DNA of 64,000 nt from Acidimicrobiia bacterium. Its GTDB lineage: Bacteria; Actinomycetota; Acidimicrobiia; Spongiisociales; ZC4RG35. The notes beneath the pieces were generated by a model. The model made no database searches, had not been told where the DNA came from, and saw nothing but the letters and a program-made list of their open reading frames with translations. The stretch is from the NCBI GenBank assembly GCA_965203555.1, contig CBDBCY010000004.1, positions 1-64,000 of the forward strand. Reading direction: 5' to 3'. A program made the position numbers and the translations under genes. Below are positions 39,276-49,002 of the stretch, piece after piece. How positions within the stretch are numbered: position 1 is the first letter of the stretch; each line of letters opens with the position of its first letter.

Positions 39276-40448
39276 ATGGAACTTTTCATCATCATCTCCC
39301 TGGCAGTGGTGGCTGTCCTGTTGGTTTGGGACATTGCCCAGCGCCGCCGGGTTCGCCGGGACAGCCAGGTGCAACAGCACTCCGAAGAGACTCTGCACGC
39401 AGTGCTGGAGGCACTGGGGCGGGATCGGCAGGAACGACTCCTCGAGGCACGGGCGCTCACCGAGAAGACCGCCACCGCCGCCGCCGCCGAGGCGGCCCGC
39501 ATGGCCAAAGCCGAGTTGGAGACCCAGTCCCGCTCCAGCGCCGACCTGATCTCCCAGCAGCAGCGGACCTTCAGCCGCACCGCCGAGCAGATCGGGAAAC
39601 AGATCGCCGGGATCCAAAGCGACCTCACCAACCGCCAGGGCAGTTGGTCCAAGCAGTTCGGGCAGGTCAGCGAAACCCTGGCCAAGCTGGGTGGCACCAC
39701 CGAAACGCTGACCAACATGCTGAACTCCTCCGGTCAGAAGGGGAGTTGGGGCGAACGGGTCGCCGAGGACATACTGCGGGCGGTCGGCATGAAAGAGGGC
39801 GTCTCCTACCAGGTACGCAAGAGGCTGCCGGGAGGCCAGATTCCCGACTTTGCGTTCCATCTTCCGCGGGGACAGTTGCTGTGCATGGATTCCAAGCTGC
39901 CCTTCGACTCCTATCGCCACTACCAGGAGGCCGCCGAATCCGAGAAGGGGAGGCACCGGCGGGAGTTTTTGAAGACGGTGCGGGGACACGTCCGGTCCCT
40001 GTCGGTCAAGTCGTACGGGGACGCCGGTCTGGTCCTGATGTTCATTCCACTCGAGTCCATCTACTCATTCATCTGGGAGAGCGACCACCAGGTGCTGGAC
40101 TACGCCTTCGAGAGGGGGGTGATGTTGTGCGGCCCCTCCAACCTGTTCGCGATTCTCACCCTGGTGAGGGAAGCCAACGTGGCGTTTGCGCTGGAGAAGA
40201 CCGGAGACCAGGTGCTGGAAGTCCTCAACCAGATGAAGAAGGAGTGGCTGCAGACCCGCAAGTCGATCAACGTCCTCCAAGGCCACATCAACAAGGCCAA
40301 CAACAAGGCGGGTGAGATCACCGGCAAGCACTACCAGGCCATGGACGAGGTCTTCGACCGGATCGACGAGGTGCGCTCCGACCGGGGAATGGAACCCACG
40401 GACACGGCCTTGCCTGGCGAGTCGCCGCCTCTGCTCAGGGTCTCCTAA
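39276..40448 (+). CDS. rmuC: DNA recombination protein RmuC
   Basis: N-terminal TM, coiled coil, KGSWGE, PD...LP....MDSKLP, MFIP.ES, GPSNL.A.L. Confidence 0.92.
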   Translation: MELFIIISLAVVAVLLVWDIAQRRRVRRDSQVQQHSEETLHAVLEALGRDRQERLLEARALTEKTATAAAAEAARMAKAELETQSRSSADLISQQQRTFSRTAEQIGKQIAGIQSDLTNRQGSWSKQFGQVSETLAKLGGTTETLTNMLNSSGQKGSWGERVAEDILRAVGMKEGVSYQVRKRLPGGQIPDFAFHLPRGQLLCMDSKLPFDSYRHYQEAAESEKGRHRREFLKTVRGHVRSLSVKSYGDAGLVLMFIPLESIYSFIWESDHQVLDYAFERGVMLCGPSNLFAILTLVREANVAFALEKTGDQVLEVLNQMKKEWLQTRKSINVLQGHINKANNKAGEITGKHYQAMDEVFDRIDEVRSDRGMEPTDTALPGESPPLLRVS

Positions 40449-40655
40449 CCGGGCGACAACCCTGCCATCCGCCGCTGCCGGACCAACTACCGAACAGCCC
40501 CCGAAGGGCACCCTACCCGACTACGGGCATCTGCTCCCCCCAGGTGGAATTCCTACGATCTCCAACGCTATACCGGAGTCGGTCCCCAACGGCGGGTCGT
40601 CACACTGGGGAGAGGCGCCTATCGAAAGGCGTCTCGTGAATGACTGGAGATAACG

Positions 40656-40868
40656 ATGGACTCCGATCTGGTTGGCTCGAACGGCAGAACCCCAGAAGAG
40701 GAGAGGCAGTACCGGGCGGAGAACCGCCTTACGTTGCGTACCACGCCCCCAACTCCAGAGGAGCGCTGCCGACGGACTCTCAAAACCGGGCGACCACCCC
40801 GCTGTGGCCAGAGGTTACTCATCAATCAAGAGATGAACCGTGGCGGGCTCTGGTTTCACTTGCGGTAA
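40656..40868 (+). CDS. Hypothetical small protein, possibly a truncated remnant
   Basis: GGAG before ATG; no recognised domain; 3' end overlaps the convergent gene. Confidence 0.3.
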   Translation: MDSDLVGSNGRTPEEERQYRAENRLTLRTTPPTPEERCRRTLKTGRPPRCGQRLLINQEMNRGGLWFHLR

Positions 40869-41275
40869 CCACTGGTCAAGCCGATCGTGGATACCCGTGA
40901 ACCCGGCGTGCATTTCCTCTCGTAGATTATCCAATTCGGCGCGGAGTCGCTGTTCCCAGTGAGTATCTTGCTCGGCGATTATGCGGTTGATTTCACCAAA
41001 CTCCCTCTTGACTTCCCTTTTGACTTCGTCAAACCTCTTATCAACTTCGCCAAACTCCCTCTTGACTTCGCGTCAAACCTCTTATCAACTTCGCCAAACT
41101 CCCTCTTGACTTCCCTCTTGACTTCCAAACTCTTATCGACTTCACCAAACTTCTTATCGACTTCGCCAAACTTCTTATCGACTTCGCCAAACTTTCTCTC
41201 CAGGACAGCTTCCAATTGTTGAGCGAACGTGGCGAAACAATGCTGCAAATATTCTTCGGTGACCGGCCTGCTCAT
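40815..41275 (-). CDS. Coiled-coil repeat protein (FGEVDKK/RFDEVKRE units) with a frameshift at ~41070
   Basis: Removing 2 nt joins MSRPVTEE... to ...EFGEINRII...LRAELDNLREEMHAGFTGIHDRLDQWLP...IDE*. Confidence 0.65.
40995..41195. repeat. Coding tandem repeats (21-nt aaacttcttatcgacttcgcc units; 12- and 42-nt units)
   Basis: Visible direct repeats; all periods are multiples of 3; locally low GC. Confidence 0.85.
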
Positions 41276-41752
41276 TGGGAACGGACCTTAATGCTGGTGT
41301 TGATCATGCCTGCCATGATAGCAGACCAAGCAGATTGATTGCCAACCTGTTCTTATCTGGTATCTCGTTGAATACCCTGATCTATGATCTTTGGTGGGTG
41401 GCTGGCCGCCAAGGGGGGTGAAGTGGGAACCCTGTGTCAGATGGTTGACGGGGTTGGGAATCCGGCCCGCAGGGGTTGAGACTCCCTATCGGCAAGCAGG
41501 GCAACTTCCGGTGGCCGGGCGCCCGGGTAGCGAAACGGCACGACCGGGGCGTCCACGGGGAGGGATCGCGGCGTTCTTGGTCCTCCTTTGCCGTCGGGTC
41601 CGATCGTCGGTGCACCCTGTTCGGCCGTTTCCCGTCCGGGGCTCTGCCGGTCCATGGGAGCGGTTGTTTCGCTCATGGCTGGTTCGATGGCGCCGTTGGG
41701 CTGGCAGTCGCATTCCTTCGCCTGCTCCCGATGGCGTATCCTGATAGGCGAC

Positions 41753-42871
41753 GTGTCGGATTTGCAGACCATTGTGCAGGCCACTCTCGATTGGGGGAGG
41801 ATGGGCAAGAGATTCGCGCTGGCCACGGTGGTCGGGGTGAGGGGATCCACCTATCGGCAACTGGGGGCTCGCCAGTTGGTGGCGGAGGACGGTTATTCGG
41901 TGGGCACAGTCTCCGGGGGATGTTTGGATCAGGACCTGCACCGGGTGGTGGGGGAGGTCCTTTCCACCGGCGCCCCTCGCTTGGTCGAGTTCGACCTGAC
42001 CGCCGACGATGAGGCGATCTGGGGATGGGGGATAGGTTGCAACGGAGCTACCGAGTTGTTGGTCATCCCCTCCGGGGACGCGGTCCGGTGGGCGGAGGCG
42101 GTCACCGCCTGTCGGGCGCGTCACCGTACGCTGGCGGTGGTTCACGAGTTGTTCGGACCGGGGTATTCGAGACTCTATTTGCAATCGGACGGCGGGCATT
42201 CCGGTCTCCTGTCGGACAGATCCCTGGAGAGGGACGTCGTCGAAGCTGCCCACGCATCGATCATCGAGGGTGAGTCGCGTCCGGTCTCCGTGGGGGAGCG
42301 ACGTTTGCTGATCGAGGTGGTGGGCGCTCCTCGCAGACTGCTGATCTGTGGAGCGGGCCATGACGCCGATCCAGTGGTCCACTATGCGGCCGAGTTGGGA
42401 TTCGAGGTGGTGGTGAGCGACGAGCGCCCCGCTTTGCTGACCGAGGAGCGGTTTCCCGCAGCCCGTTTGGTTTCCTGCCTGCCCTCTGAACTGGGGACGA
42501 GAATCGAACTGGACCAACGTACGTACGTAGTGATCATGAGCCACAACTACCTGCGGGATCTCGATTACCTCAGGTCCCTGCTCGGTAGCGAAGTTCCCTA
42601 CATAGGCGCTCTGGGTCCCGGCGCCCGCTTGGAGCGACTGATCGCCGATTTGGAAGAATCAGGATGTTCGCCTTCCAGGAACGACTTTGCCAAAATGCAC
42701 GGGCCGGCGGGTTTGGACATCGGCGCCGAGGGGCCAAAGGAGATCGCCTGGGCGATCATGGCCGAGATCATGGCGGTGCGACGCGGCAAGGCGGCCGGGT
42801 ACCTGCGGGATCGCAAGGGTCCTGATTTTCTGCGTAAACTTCCAGCTATAAGGTCGCGACCGGTTTCTTAG
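41753..42871 (+). CDS. xdhC: XdhC/CoxI molybdoenzyme maturation factor
   Basis: LATVV..GSTYR..GA, GTVSGGCL, GIGCNG, GAGHDA, MSHN..D, YIGALG, GPAGLDIGA.GP.EIA..I.AEI. Confidence 0.93.
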   Translation: MSDLQTIVQATLDWGRMGKRFALATVVGVRGSTYRQLGARQLVAEDGYSVGTVSGGCLDQDLHRVVGEVLSTGAPRLVEFDLTADDEAIWGWGIGCNGATELLVIPSGDAVRWAEAVTACRARHRTLAVVHELFGPGYSRLYLQSDGGHSGLLSDRSLERDVVEAAHASIIEGESRPVSVGERRLLIEVVGAPRRLLICGAGHDADPVVHYAAELGFEVVVSDERPALLTEERFPAARLVSCLPSELGTRIELDQRTYVVIMSHNYLRDLDYLRSLLGSEVPYIGALGPGARLERLIADLEESGCSPSRNDFAKMHGPAGLDIGAEGPKEIAWAIMAEIMAVRRGKAAGYLRDRKGPDFLRKLPAIRSRPVS

Positions 42872-42889
42872 CCACAGGAGCTCTTAATA

Positions 42890-43444
42890 ATGAAAATCAC
42901 ACACGATTTCGAGGTCTCCAAGCCCCTTCCGGTGGTTTGGGACTTTTTGCAGGATGTGCCCACCGTGGCTCAATGCCTGCCAGGCGCCGAACTCACCGAG
43001 GACAAGGGCGGTGGCGTTTACGCCGGGCGGGTCTCCGCCAAACTCGGGCCTCTCAGCGCCAGCTTTGAGGGAGAGGCCACGGTGGTGGCGGACCCCGCCA
43101 CTCACTCGGCGTCCATCAAAGGCAAGGGTGTTGACAAGAGAGGTGGAAGCCGTGGCCGGATGTCCGTGGTGTATCGGCTCAAAGAAACCGAGGGCGGCAC
43201 CGGAGTTGACATCGAAGCTGATGTCAACCTGGCCGGCGCCGCCGCCCAGTTCGGGCGCAGCGGTCTGATCCGAGAGATTTCCAACCGGCTGATCGGCGAG
43301 TTTGCCGAATGCCTGGAAGGAAAGCTGAGCGCCATGACGGTTGAGGAAGCCGCCGCGGTACAGGCGGGAGAAGTGAAAGGACTTCGGTTGTTCTCCCAGA
43401 CTCTCGGCGCCCGAATCAAGGGGGTTTTCTCCCGGTCCGAGTAG
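42890..43444 (+). CDS. coxG: CoxG / SRPBCC family protein
   Basis: F.V..P...VW..L.D...VA.CLPGA, KLGP....F.G, G.AAQFGR. Confidence 0.88.
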   Translation: MKITHDFEVSKPLPVVWDFLQDVPTVAQCLPGAELTEDKGGGVYAGRVSAKLGPLSASFEGEATVVADPATHSASIKGKGVDKRGGSRGRMSVVYRLKETEGGTGVDIEADVNLAGAAAQFGRSGLIREISNRLIGEFAECLEGKLSAMTVEEAAAVQAGEVKGLRLFSQTLGARIKGVFSRSE

Positions 43445-43729
43445 GCGGTGGCGAACGTCGGCCCGTGCCCTCCCAGGTTTGCGACACCCGTGGTCAGCTT
43501 CTCCCGGGGTTGGTCACAACGGACTGGATAGGAGTTGCCCTCCGAAGACTGGTTCCATCTTCTCGCGTCTCCCACCTTGTGCTCAACCCCTCAACTCAGA
43601 GACCTTGAACATCCCGGTAGAAGGCGCTTGCGACACCGTGCGAGCGCGGTGGGCCTCCTGGAGCCGGAGTGTCGAAACTACTGGAACGTCCTCACCACCG
43701 TCTCCCCATCATCTTCCCATAAGCCACAA

Positions 43730-43801
43730 AAGCAGATGCTGGTAATCATACGAAACAGGCAGGGTCTTATGATCAGGAGATGGAATGAGTTCTTCACTTG
43801 A
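43730..43801 (+). pseudogene. Possible C-terminal remnant of a DUF4160 gene
   Basis: ...IIRNRQ.LMIRRWNEFF* overlapping the DUF2442 start, as in DUF4160-DUF2442 pairs; the upstream part does not resemble DUF4160. Confidence 0.5.
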
Positions 43802-44141
43802 CACCGAGCGCTATCCGGTGGCGGTCGACGTGGTCGTGGTGCAGGACTTTCTCAGGGTTTTCTTGTCGGACGGTCGGGGGATCGCCATGCCGCTGTCGTG
43901 GTATCCGAGGCTGTGTCACGGCACACCCGCCGAATTGGACAACTGGGAGTTGCTGGGGGGAGGCATCGGTTTGTCCTGGCCCGACCTGGACGAGGACATC
44001 AGAGTGGCAGATGTTATCGACGGAATACCGGCGGGAGAGTCGGCGCGGTCGCTGGGTCGCTGGTTGCAGGCGCGCAACCAGAACCGCAGCGTGAAGTTCG
44101 AGGACATAGAAACCCACGAAACAACTGCGGAGTTCCGCTGA
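43785..44141 (+). CDS. DUF2442 domain protein (putative antitoxin)
   Basis: L.V.LSDGR.I..PL.WYPRL..GT..EL.NWEL.GGG.G..WPDLDEDI. Confidence 0.9.
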   Translation: MSSSLDTERYPVAVDVVVVQDFLRVFLSDGRGIAMPLSWYPRLCHGTPAELDNWELLGGGIGLSWPDLDEDIRVADVIDGIPAGESARSLGRWLQARNQNRSVKFEDIETHETTAEFR

Positions 44142-44424
44142 GGGTCTCTGTAGACCCGGGCAGAAATTTGAGCACCTGAGCGGGCTGAAGGCGTTTACCA
44201 CCCGTGGTGTTCAGCGAGGGGCCTCATCACCGTTGAGCGGTAGGTGCGTTCGATCATGGTGTATCCGGTGACGGTGCGTCCCGTCGGAGGTCTGCCAAAC
44301 ATTTTCGAGGCTGCGCGTTTTGTGGACCACAACGACCAGGAAGTGCTAACCTCCATGGCCGTATCAACTCTCTTGGGTAGCATTGATGACTTCCCTGATT
44401 GCGGTACCGCGGAGGGAAAGTGAT

Positions 44425-45588
44425 ATGGCACACAAAACCGTACCGATCACCGCGCAGGTCCTCGCTTGGAGTCGGGAGGAGGCTGGTCTCACGCAGGTCG
44501 AGCTTGCCAAGCGGGCCAGATTGGCGGTGGAATCGATTCAAGCATGGGAAGCGGCGGAGTCGCGTCCTACCAAAGGCCAGTTCAACAGGCTGTTGAGGGT
44601 GCTGAATCGTCCATCGGCCCTTTTCTTTCTCCCTGAGCCTTCCGTTGAGGCGGGGATGCCCACTTCTCTCCGTAGCGCGCCGGCGCTTGGAGATCACAGG
44701 CTTGGCCTGATGGAAACTCGCCAAATACGCTGGGCGCGCAGGCTTCAGGAACTGATTTCATGGGTCCTCAAGGATGAAGGCTCCCCCGAGGCCCGTTTAC
44801 GTCAGTACCGAACGAGCCAAGATCCACAGGACGTGGCGGCGGTTGAGCGTTCCCTGTCCGGCGTCTCCCCGGATGAGCAACTGGGGTGGAAGAGCGCCTC
44901 GGAGGCGTTTCGCTCATGGCGGAGCCACCTGGAGGAACAGGGGGTGGTGGTTATGCAGCTCACAATGGGCAAGAACAACATCCGCGGATTCGGTGCGTGG
45001 GATGACTACGCACTCCTGGTTGCGGTGAATACTGCGTACCACCCGACAGCTCGGATCTTCACCCTCTTCCACGAGGTAGCCCATCTTCTGACCCGCATTG
45101 ACGCTGCCTGCCAGGGCTTCGTGTTCCCCGATCCACAGGATGGGTCGGTTGAGAGGTGGTGCGAGCAATTCTCGGCAACGTTTCTCCTTCCTGCCGACAG
45201 CCTGAGGATGGTGGCGCGGAAGTATGGCGTCACCGTCTCTTCTCCTACCGCCCAACCCGACACAGCGCGACTTATCGCAAACAGATTCTCTGTCAGCACG
45301 AGAGCCACCGCGATTCGTCTCCAGGAAGTAGATCTCGCGGTGCCCTCGCTCTATTCAGCCGTAGCCGCGCAATTCGCCGGAAGAGATTGGAATGATCCCT
45401 CGGGGGGAGGGGGAGGTGGCCAGACTGCTCCGGTGAAGCGAGTCGGCCAGTTCGGGACACGGTTGCCCAGCGCCCTTTTCGCCGCCTCCGGTCGGGGACG
45501 CCTCACGACCCGCGACCTTGCGGACCACCTCCGACTCAAGACCGGTCAACTGGATGATCTGAAGGGCTTGTTGAATGAACCTCGATGA
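44425..45588 (+). CDS. XRE-HTH + ImmA/IrrE metallopeptidase
   Basis: L.W.REEAGLT..ELA...WE....PT; RIFTLFHEVAH (HExxH), ERWCEQF, F.VS..A..IRL. Confidence 0.9.
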   Translation: MAHKTVPITAQVLAWSREEAGLTQVELAKRARLAVESIQAWEAAESRPTKGQFNRLLRVLNRPSALFFLPEPSVEAGMPTSLRSAPALGDHRLGLMETRQIRWARRLQELISWVLKDEGSPEARLRQYRTSQDPQDVAAVERSLSGVSPDEQLGWKSASEAFRSWRSHLEEQGVVVMQLTMGKNNIRGFGAWDDYALLVAVNTAYHPTARIFTLFHEVAHLLTRIDAACQGFVFPDPQDGSVERWCEQFSATFLLPADSLRMVARKYGVTVSSPTAQPDTARLIANRFSVSTRATAIRLQEVDLAVPSLYSAVAAQFAGRDWNDPSGGGGGGQTAPVKRVGQFGTRLPSALFAASGRGRLTTRDLADHLRLKTGQLDDLKGLLNEPR

Positions 45589-46091
45589 TGTCGGGGTTTG
45601 GATCATTGACTCCTCCGCTTTGATAAAGGCAAAGACGATCGTGTCGGTGAGGAGACAGTGGGATGCCTTCAAGCATCTTGAACAGATGGTCATCGAAGGG
45701 CGGATCGCCCTACCGCGGCAGGTAATCAACGAGATGAGCGAAATTGCGTATCCCCGATGTGCCCGGTGCCTGGGCGCCAGGTGTTCGTGAGAGTCTGCAG
45801 CACCCCTTGGATGCGGGATATGCCTATCTTGCAAGGGTTATGTCGGTTGCCGGAGAGGTGGTGGATGTCAACAAGCCGGGAGAAGATGCAGACCCCTGGG
45901 TCTTAGCGTTAGCGCTACACCTTAAGGATGAGGGTTACGTTGTCTGCGTCGTGACGGAGGATGTCGTCGACAGAACCAGTATCTCGATAGCAACCGCCTG
46001 CGGCAGGCTCCGCATTCCCTGGAGGCCTATGCGCACCTTCCTTCAACACTGCGGGATACGCATGCTCAAAGAAAAAGACCAGCAATCTTGA
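45575..46091 (+). CDS. DUF4411-like PIN-domain protein; extra C in run at ~45752-45755
   Basis: IIDSSALI, V..E, then (frame B) EDADPWVLALA, VVTED, SI..AC..L.I. Confidence 0.8.
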
Positions 46092-46193
46092 TTGTAACGA
46101 CAGGTGCCTGGTGGCCGTCGAGGTTGGGCGCTGGGGAGGCTGGAACGGCGGAAATGCCCGAAGGGGTGAAGAGGGCTTGGATCTTTCAGGCGC

Positions 46194-48914
46194 TCAGCGC
46201 GTCCAGGACGGTTGCAGGTCGGGGTCGATCAGGTAGCGTTTCATGGCGTCCGACACTGCTGATGGTGTGACCAGGCCCTGGGTGGAGAGGGCGGACAGCA
46301 CGTTCACCACCAGGTATCCGGTGTCGATCTCGAAGAACCTGCGGAGCGTTCGGCGGGTGTCGGAGCGTCCGAATCCGTCGGTGCCCAGCGTGACGTACCT
46401 GGCGGGGACCCATCTGCTGATCTGATCCGGCACGGAGCGCATGAAGTCGGTGACTGCTACGATCACCGGTCCGGCGCCTTCCAGTCGGCGGGTGAGGTAG
46501 GGCTTGCGCGGGCGCTGGTGGGGGTGCAGCAGATTCCAGCGTTCCACCTCCATCGCCTCGGCCCGAAGAGTCTGGTAGGAAGGGGCCGACCACAGTTCCA
46601 CCCCCACCCCGAAGTGCTCCGCCAAGTCCTGCTGAGCCTGTTGGGCGGCGCCCACCGCAGAGCCGGAGAACAGGATCGATCCCTCTTTCTCCACCCCTTC
46701 CGGTGACGGCGCCCAGCGGTACAGGCCCGCCAGGATCCCCCCGTCCACCCCGGCGGGTTTTACGGGATGGTGGTAATTCTCGTTGTAAACGGTGATGTAA
46801 TAGGAGATGTCCTCGTTCTCCTGGTACATGCGCCGGATGCCGTCCTCGATCACCACCCCCAATTCGTAGGCGAAGGCGGGGTCGTAGCTCTTGATGGACG
46901 GGACGGTGGAGGAAAGCACATGACTGTGGCCGTCCTGGTGCTGCAGCCCCTCGCCGTTCAGGGTGGTGCGTCCGGCGGTGGCCCCCAACAGGAAACCGCG
47001 GGCCCGGGCGTCGCTGGCCGCCCAAATCATATCGCCCACCCGCTGGAAGCCGAACATCGAGTAGAAGATGAAGAAGGGAACCACGGGAACCCCCCGGTTG
47101 GCGTAACAGGTGGCTGCGGCGGTCCAGGAGGCGAGGGATCCTGCCTCGGTGATCCCTTCTTCCAGGAGCTGTCCGTCCTGCCGCTCCAAGTAGGCCAGAA
47201 TCATGGCGGCGTCCACCGGCTCGTATAGTTGGCCCCGCGAAGCGTATATGCCCAGTTCGCGAAACAGGGGATCCATTCCGAACGTGCGGGCTTCGTCGGG
47301 GACGATGGGCACCACCCGCGGTCCGAACTCGGGCGCCCGGCACAGGTTGCGCAGCAGTCGCACGAAGGCGGTGGTGGTGGAGACCTCCACCTTGCCGCTG
47401 CCCTGGTTGAGGACGTCGAAGGCCTCGGGAGAGGGAAGGGTCAATGGCTTTCTGATCCTCACCGTGCGTTGGGGAAGCCAGCCGCCCAAACGCTTGCGAG
47501 ACTCCATCAGGTACTGATACTCGGGGGAGGAGACGGGCGGGCGATAGTAGGGGGGATCGGTATCTGCCTCGAAAGAGTCGTCCGGTATCTCCTCGGCAAG
47601 TTCCAACCGGTCGCGAAGTTGTTTGAGTTGCTGGTTGGTGAGCTGTTTGATCTGGTGGGTGGCGTTGCGTCCTTCCACGTCGGGACCCAATGTCCACCCC
47701 TTGATGGTCTTGGTGAGGATCACGGTGGGCGCGCCGGAGGCGCGGGTGGCGGCCTCGTAGGCGGCGTAGACCTTCACCGGGTCATGGCCTCCCCGTCGCA
47801 GTTCCCAGATGTCGCGGTCACTGAGTTGCTGGGCCATCGCCAGGGTGCGAGGGTCCTTTCCGAAGAAGTGTTCGCGAACGTAGGCGCCGCTTTCCGCCTT
47901 GTAACGCTGGTATTCCCCGTCGAGGGTGCGATGCATCACATCCACCAAGGCACCATCGTGGTCCTGCGCCAAAAGGGGGTCCCAGCCCGATCCCCACACC
48001 ACTTTGATCACATTCCATCCCGCTCCCCGGAAGACGGCCTCCAATTCCTGGATTATCTTGCCGTTGCCCCGCACCGGTCCGTCCAGGCGTTGCAGGTTGC
48101 AGTTGACCACCCACACCAGGTTGTCCAGTCCTTCCCGGGCGGCCAGAGAAAGCGATCCGAGCGCCTCGGGCTCGTCGCATTCACCGTCACCGACGAAGCA
48201 CCACACGCGGGTGTCGTTGGTGGTATCGAGGCCCCGGTTCTCCAGGTACTTGTTGAAACGGGCTTGATAGATCGAGGACAGGGGGCCCAAACCCATCGAA
48301 ACGGTGGGATACTCCCAAAAGTCGGGCATGAGCCGGGGGTGGGGATAGGATGAGAGCCCCCCGCCGCCGATTTCCATGCGGAAGTTGTCGAGATGATGCT
48401 CGTCCAGGCGACGCTCGAGGAACGACCGCGCGTAGATACCAGGCGCGGCGTGTCCCTGGATGTAGACCGCATCGCCGGGACGGCCGTCCTCCTTGCCCCG
48501 GAAAAAGTGGTGGAAGCCTATCTCGTAGAGCAGTGCTGAAGAGGCGAATGTGGAGAGGTGTCCCCCGATGCCTTTCTCCATGTCGTTGGCTTTGATCACC
48601 ATCACCGCCGCGTTCCACCTTATGAACCGGCGGATCCTCTTTTCCATCCACAGGTCACCCGGGTAGGCGGGTTCTTCCTCGGGGGGGATCGAATTGACGT
48701 ACGGGGTGCTGATCGACCCCGGGGCGGCCATTCCCTTCTGCCGGGCCCGGTCCATGAGTTTGGTGAGCAGAAACTCCCCGCGGGCCGTGCCCCTCTCTTC
48801 CACCACCGCATCGAGGGATTCGATCCACTCGGTGGTCTCCTCCGGGTCGGCGTCGTGATGCTGATGGACGAATCCGTCCACGTAGGAGAGGCTGTATTCT
48901 TTCCAGTAGGTCAT
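46194..48914 (-). CDS. aceE: Pyruvate dehydrogenase E1, homodimeric type
   Basis: D.DPEET.EW, IRWNA, GGHLSTFAS, YPHPRLMP.FWE.PTVSMGLG, GDGE.DEPE, NCNLQRLDGPV, GEGLQHQDG, LGTDGFGRSD. Confidence 0.97.
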   Translation of the reverse strand: MTYWKEYSLSYVDGFVHQHHDADPEETTEWIESLDAVVEERGTARGEFLLTKLMDRARQKGMAAPGSISTPYVNSIPPEEEPAYPGDLWMEKRIRRFIRWNAAVMVIKANDMEKGIGGHLSTFASSALLYEIGFHHFFRGKEDGRPGDAVYIQGHAAPGIYARSFLERRLDEHHLDNFRMEIGGGGLSSYPHPRLMPDFWEYPTVSMGLGPLSSIYQARFNKYLENRGLDTTNDTRVWCFVGDGECDEPEALGSLSLAAREGLDNLVWVVNCNLQRLDGPVRGNGKIIQELEAVFRGAGWNVIKVVWGSGWDPLLAQDHDGALVDVMHRTLDGEYQRYKAESGAYVREHFFGKDPRTLAMAQQLSDRDIWELRRGGHDPVKVYAAYEAATRASGAPTVILTKTIKGWTLGPDVEGRNATHQIKQLTNQQLKQLRDRLELAEEIPDDSFEADTDPPYYRPPVSSPEYQYLMESRKRLGGWLPQRTVRIRKPLTLPSPEAFDVLNQGSGKVEVSTTTAFVRLLRNLCRAPEFGPRVVPIVPDEARTFGMDPLFRELGIYASRGQLYEPVDAAMILAYLERQDGQLLEEGITEAGSLASWTAAATCYANRGVPVVPFFIFYSMFGFQRVGDMIWAASDARARGFLLGATAGRTTLNGEGLQHQDGHSHVLSSTVPSIKSYDPAFAYELGVVIEDGIRRMYQENEDISYYITVYNENYHHPVKPAGVDGGILAGLYRWAPSPEGVEKEGSILFSGSAVGAAQQAQQDLAEHFGVGVELWSAPSYQTLRAEAMEVERWNLLHPHQRPRKPYLTRRLEGAGPVIVAVTDFMRSVPDQISRWVPARYVTLGTDGFGRSDTRRTLRRFFEIDTGYLVVNVLSALSTQGLVTPSAVSDAMKRYLIDPDLQPSWTR

Positions 48915-49002
48915 CGTTCTAATGGAAGGATACCTCTGAGAGGGAAGGGTCTTCCAGGCAGATCAGTCACCGGTGCTCAGGTGAGGTGAAAGGACTTTCG
49001 AC

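Noticed and set aside
40995-41195. CRISPR-like array
   Set aside because: Repeats are contiguous, have codon-multiple periods, lack unique spacers and encode a coiled coil; no cas genes nearby.
44142-44424. Small minus-strand ORF 44195-44431
   Set aside because: No recognisable domain or translation signal; it overlaps the promoter region of the peptidase gene and is at best a remnant.
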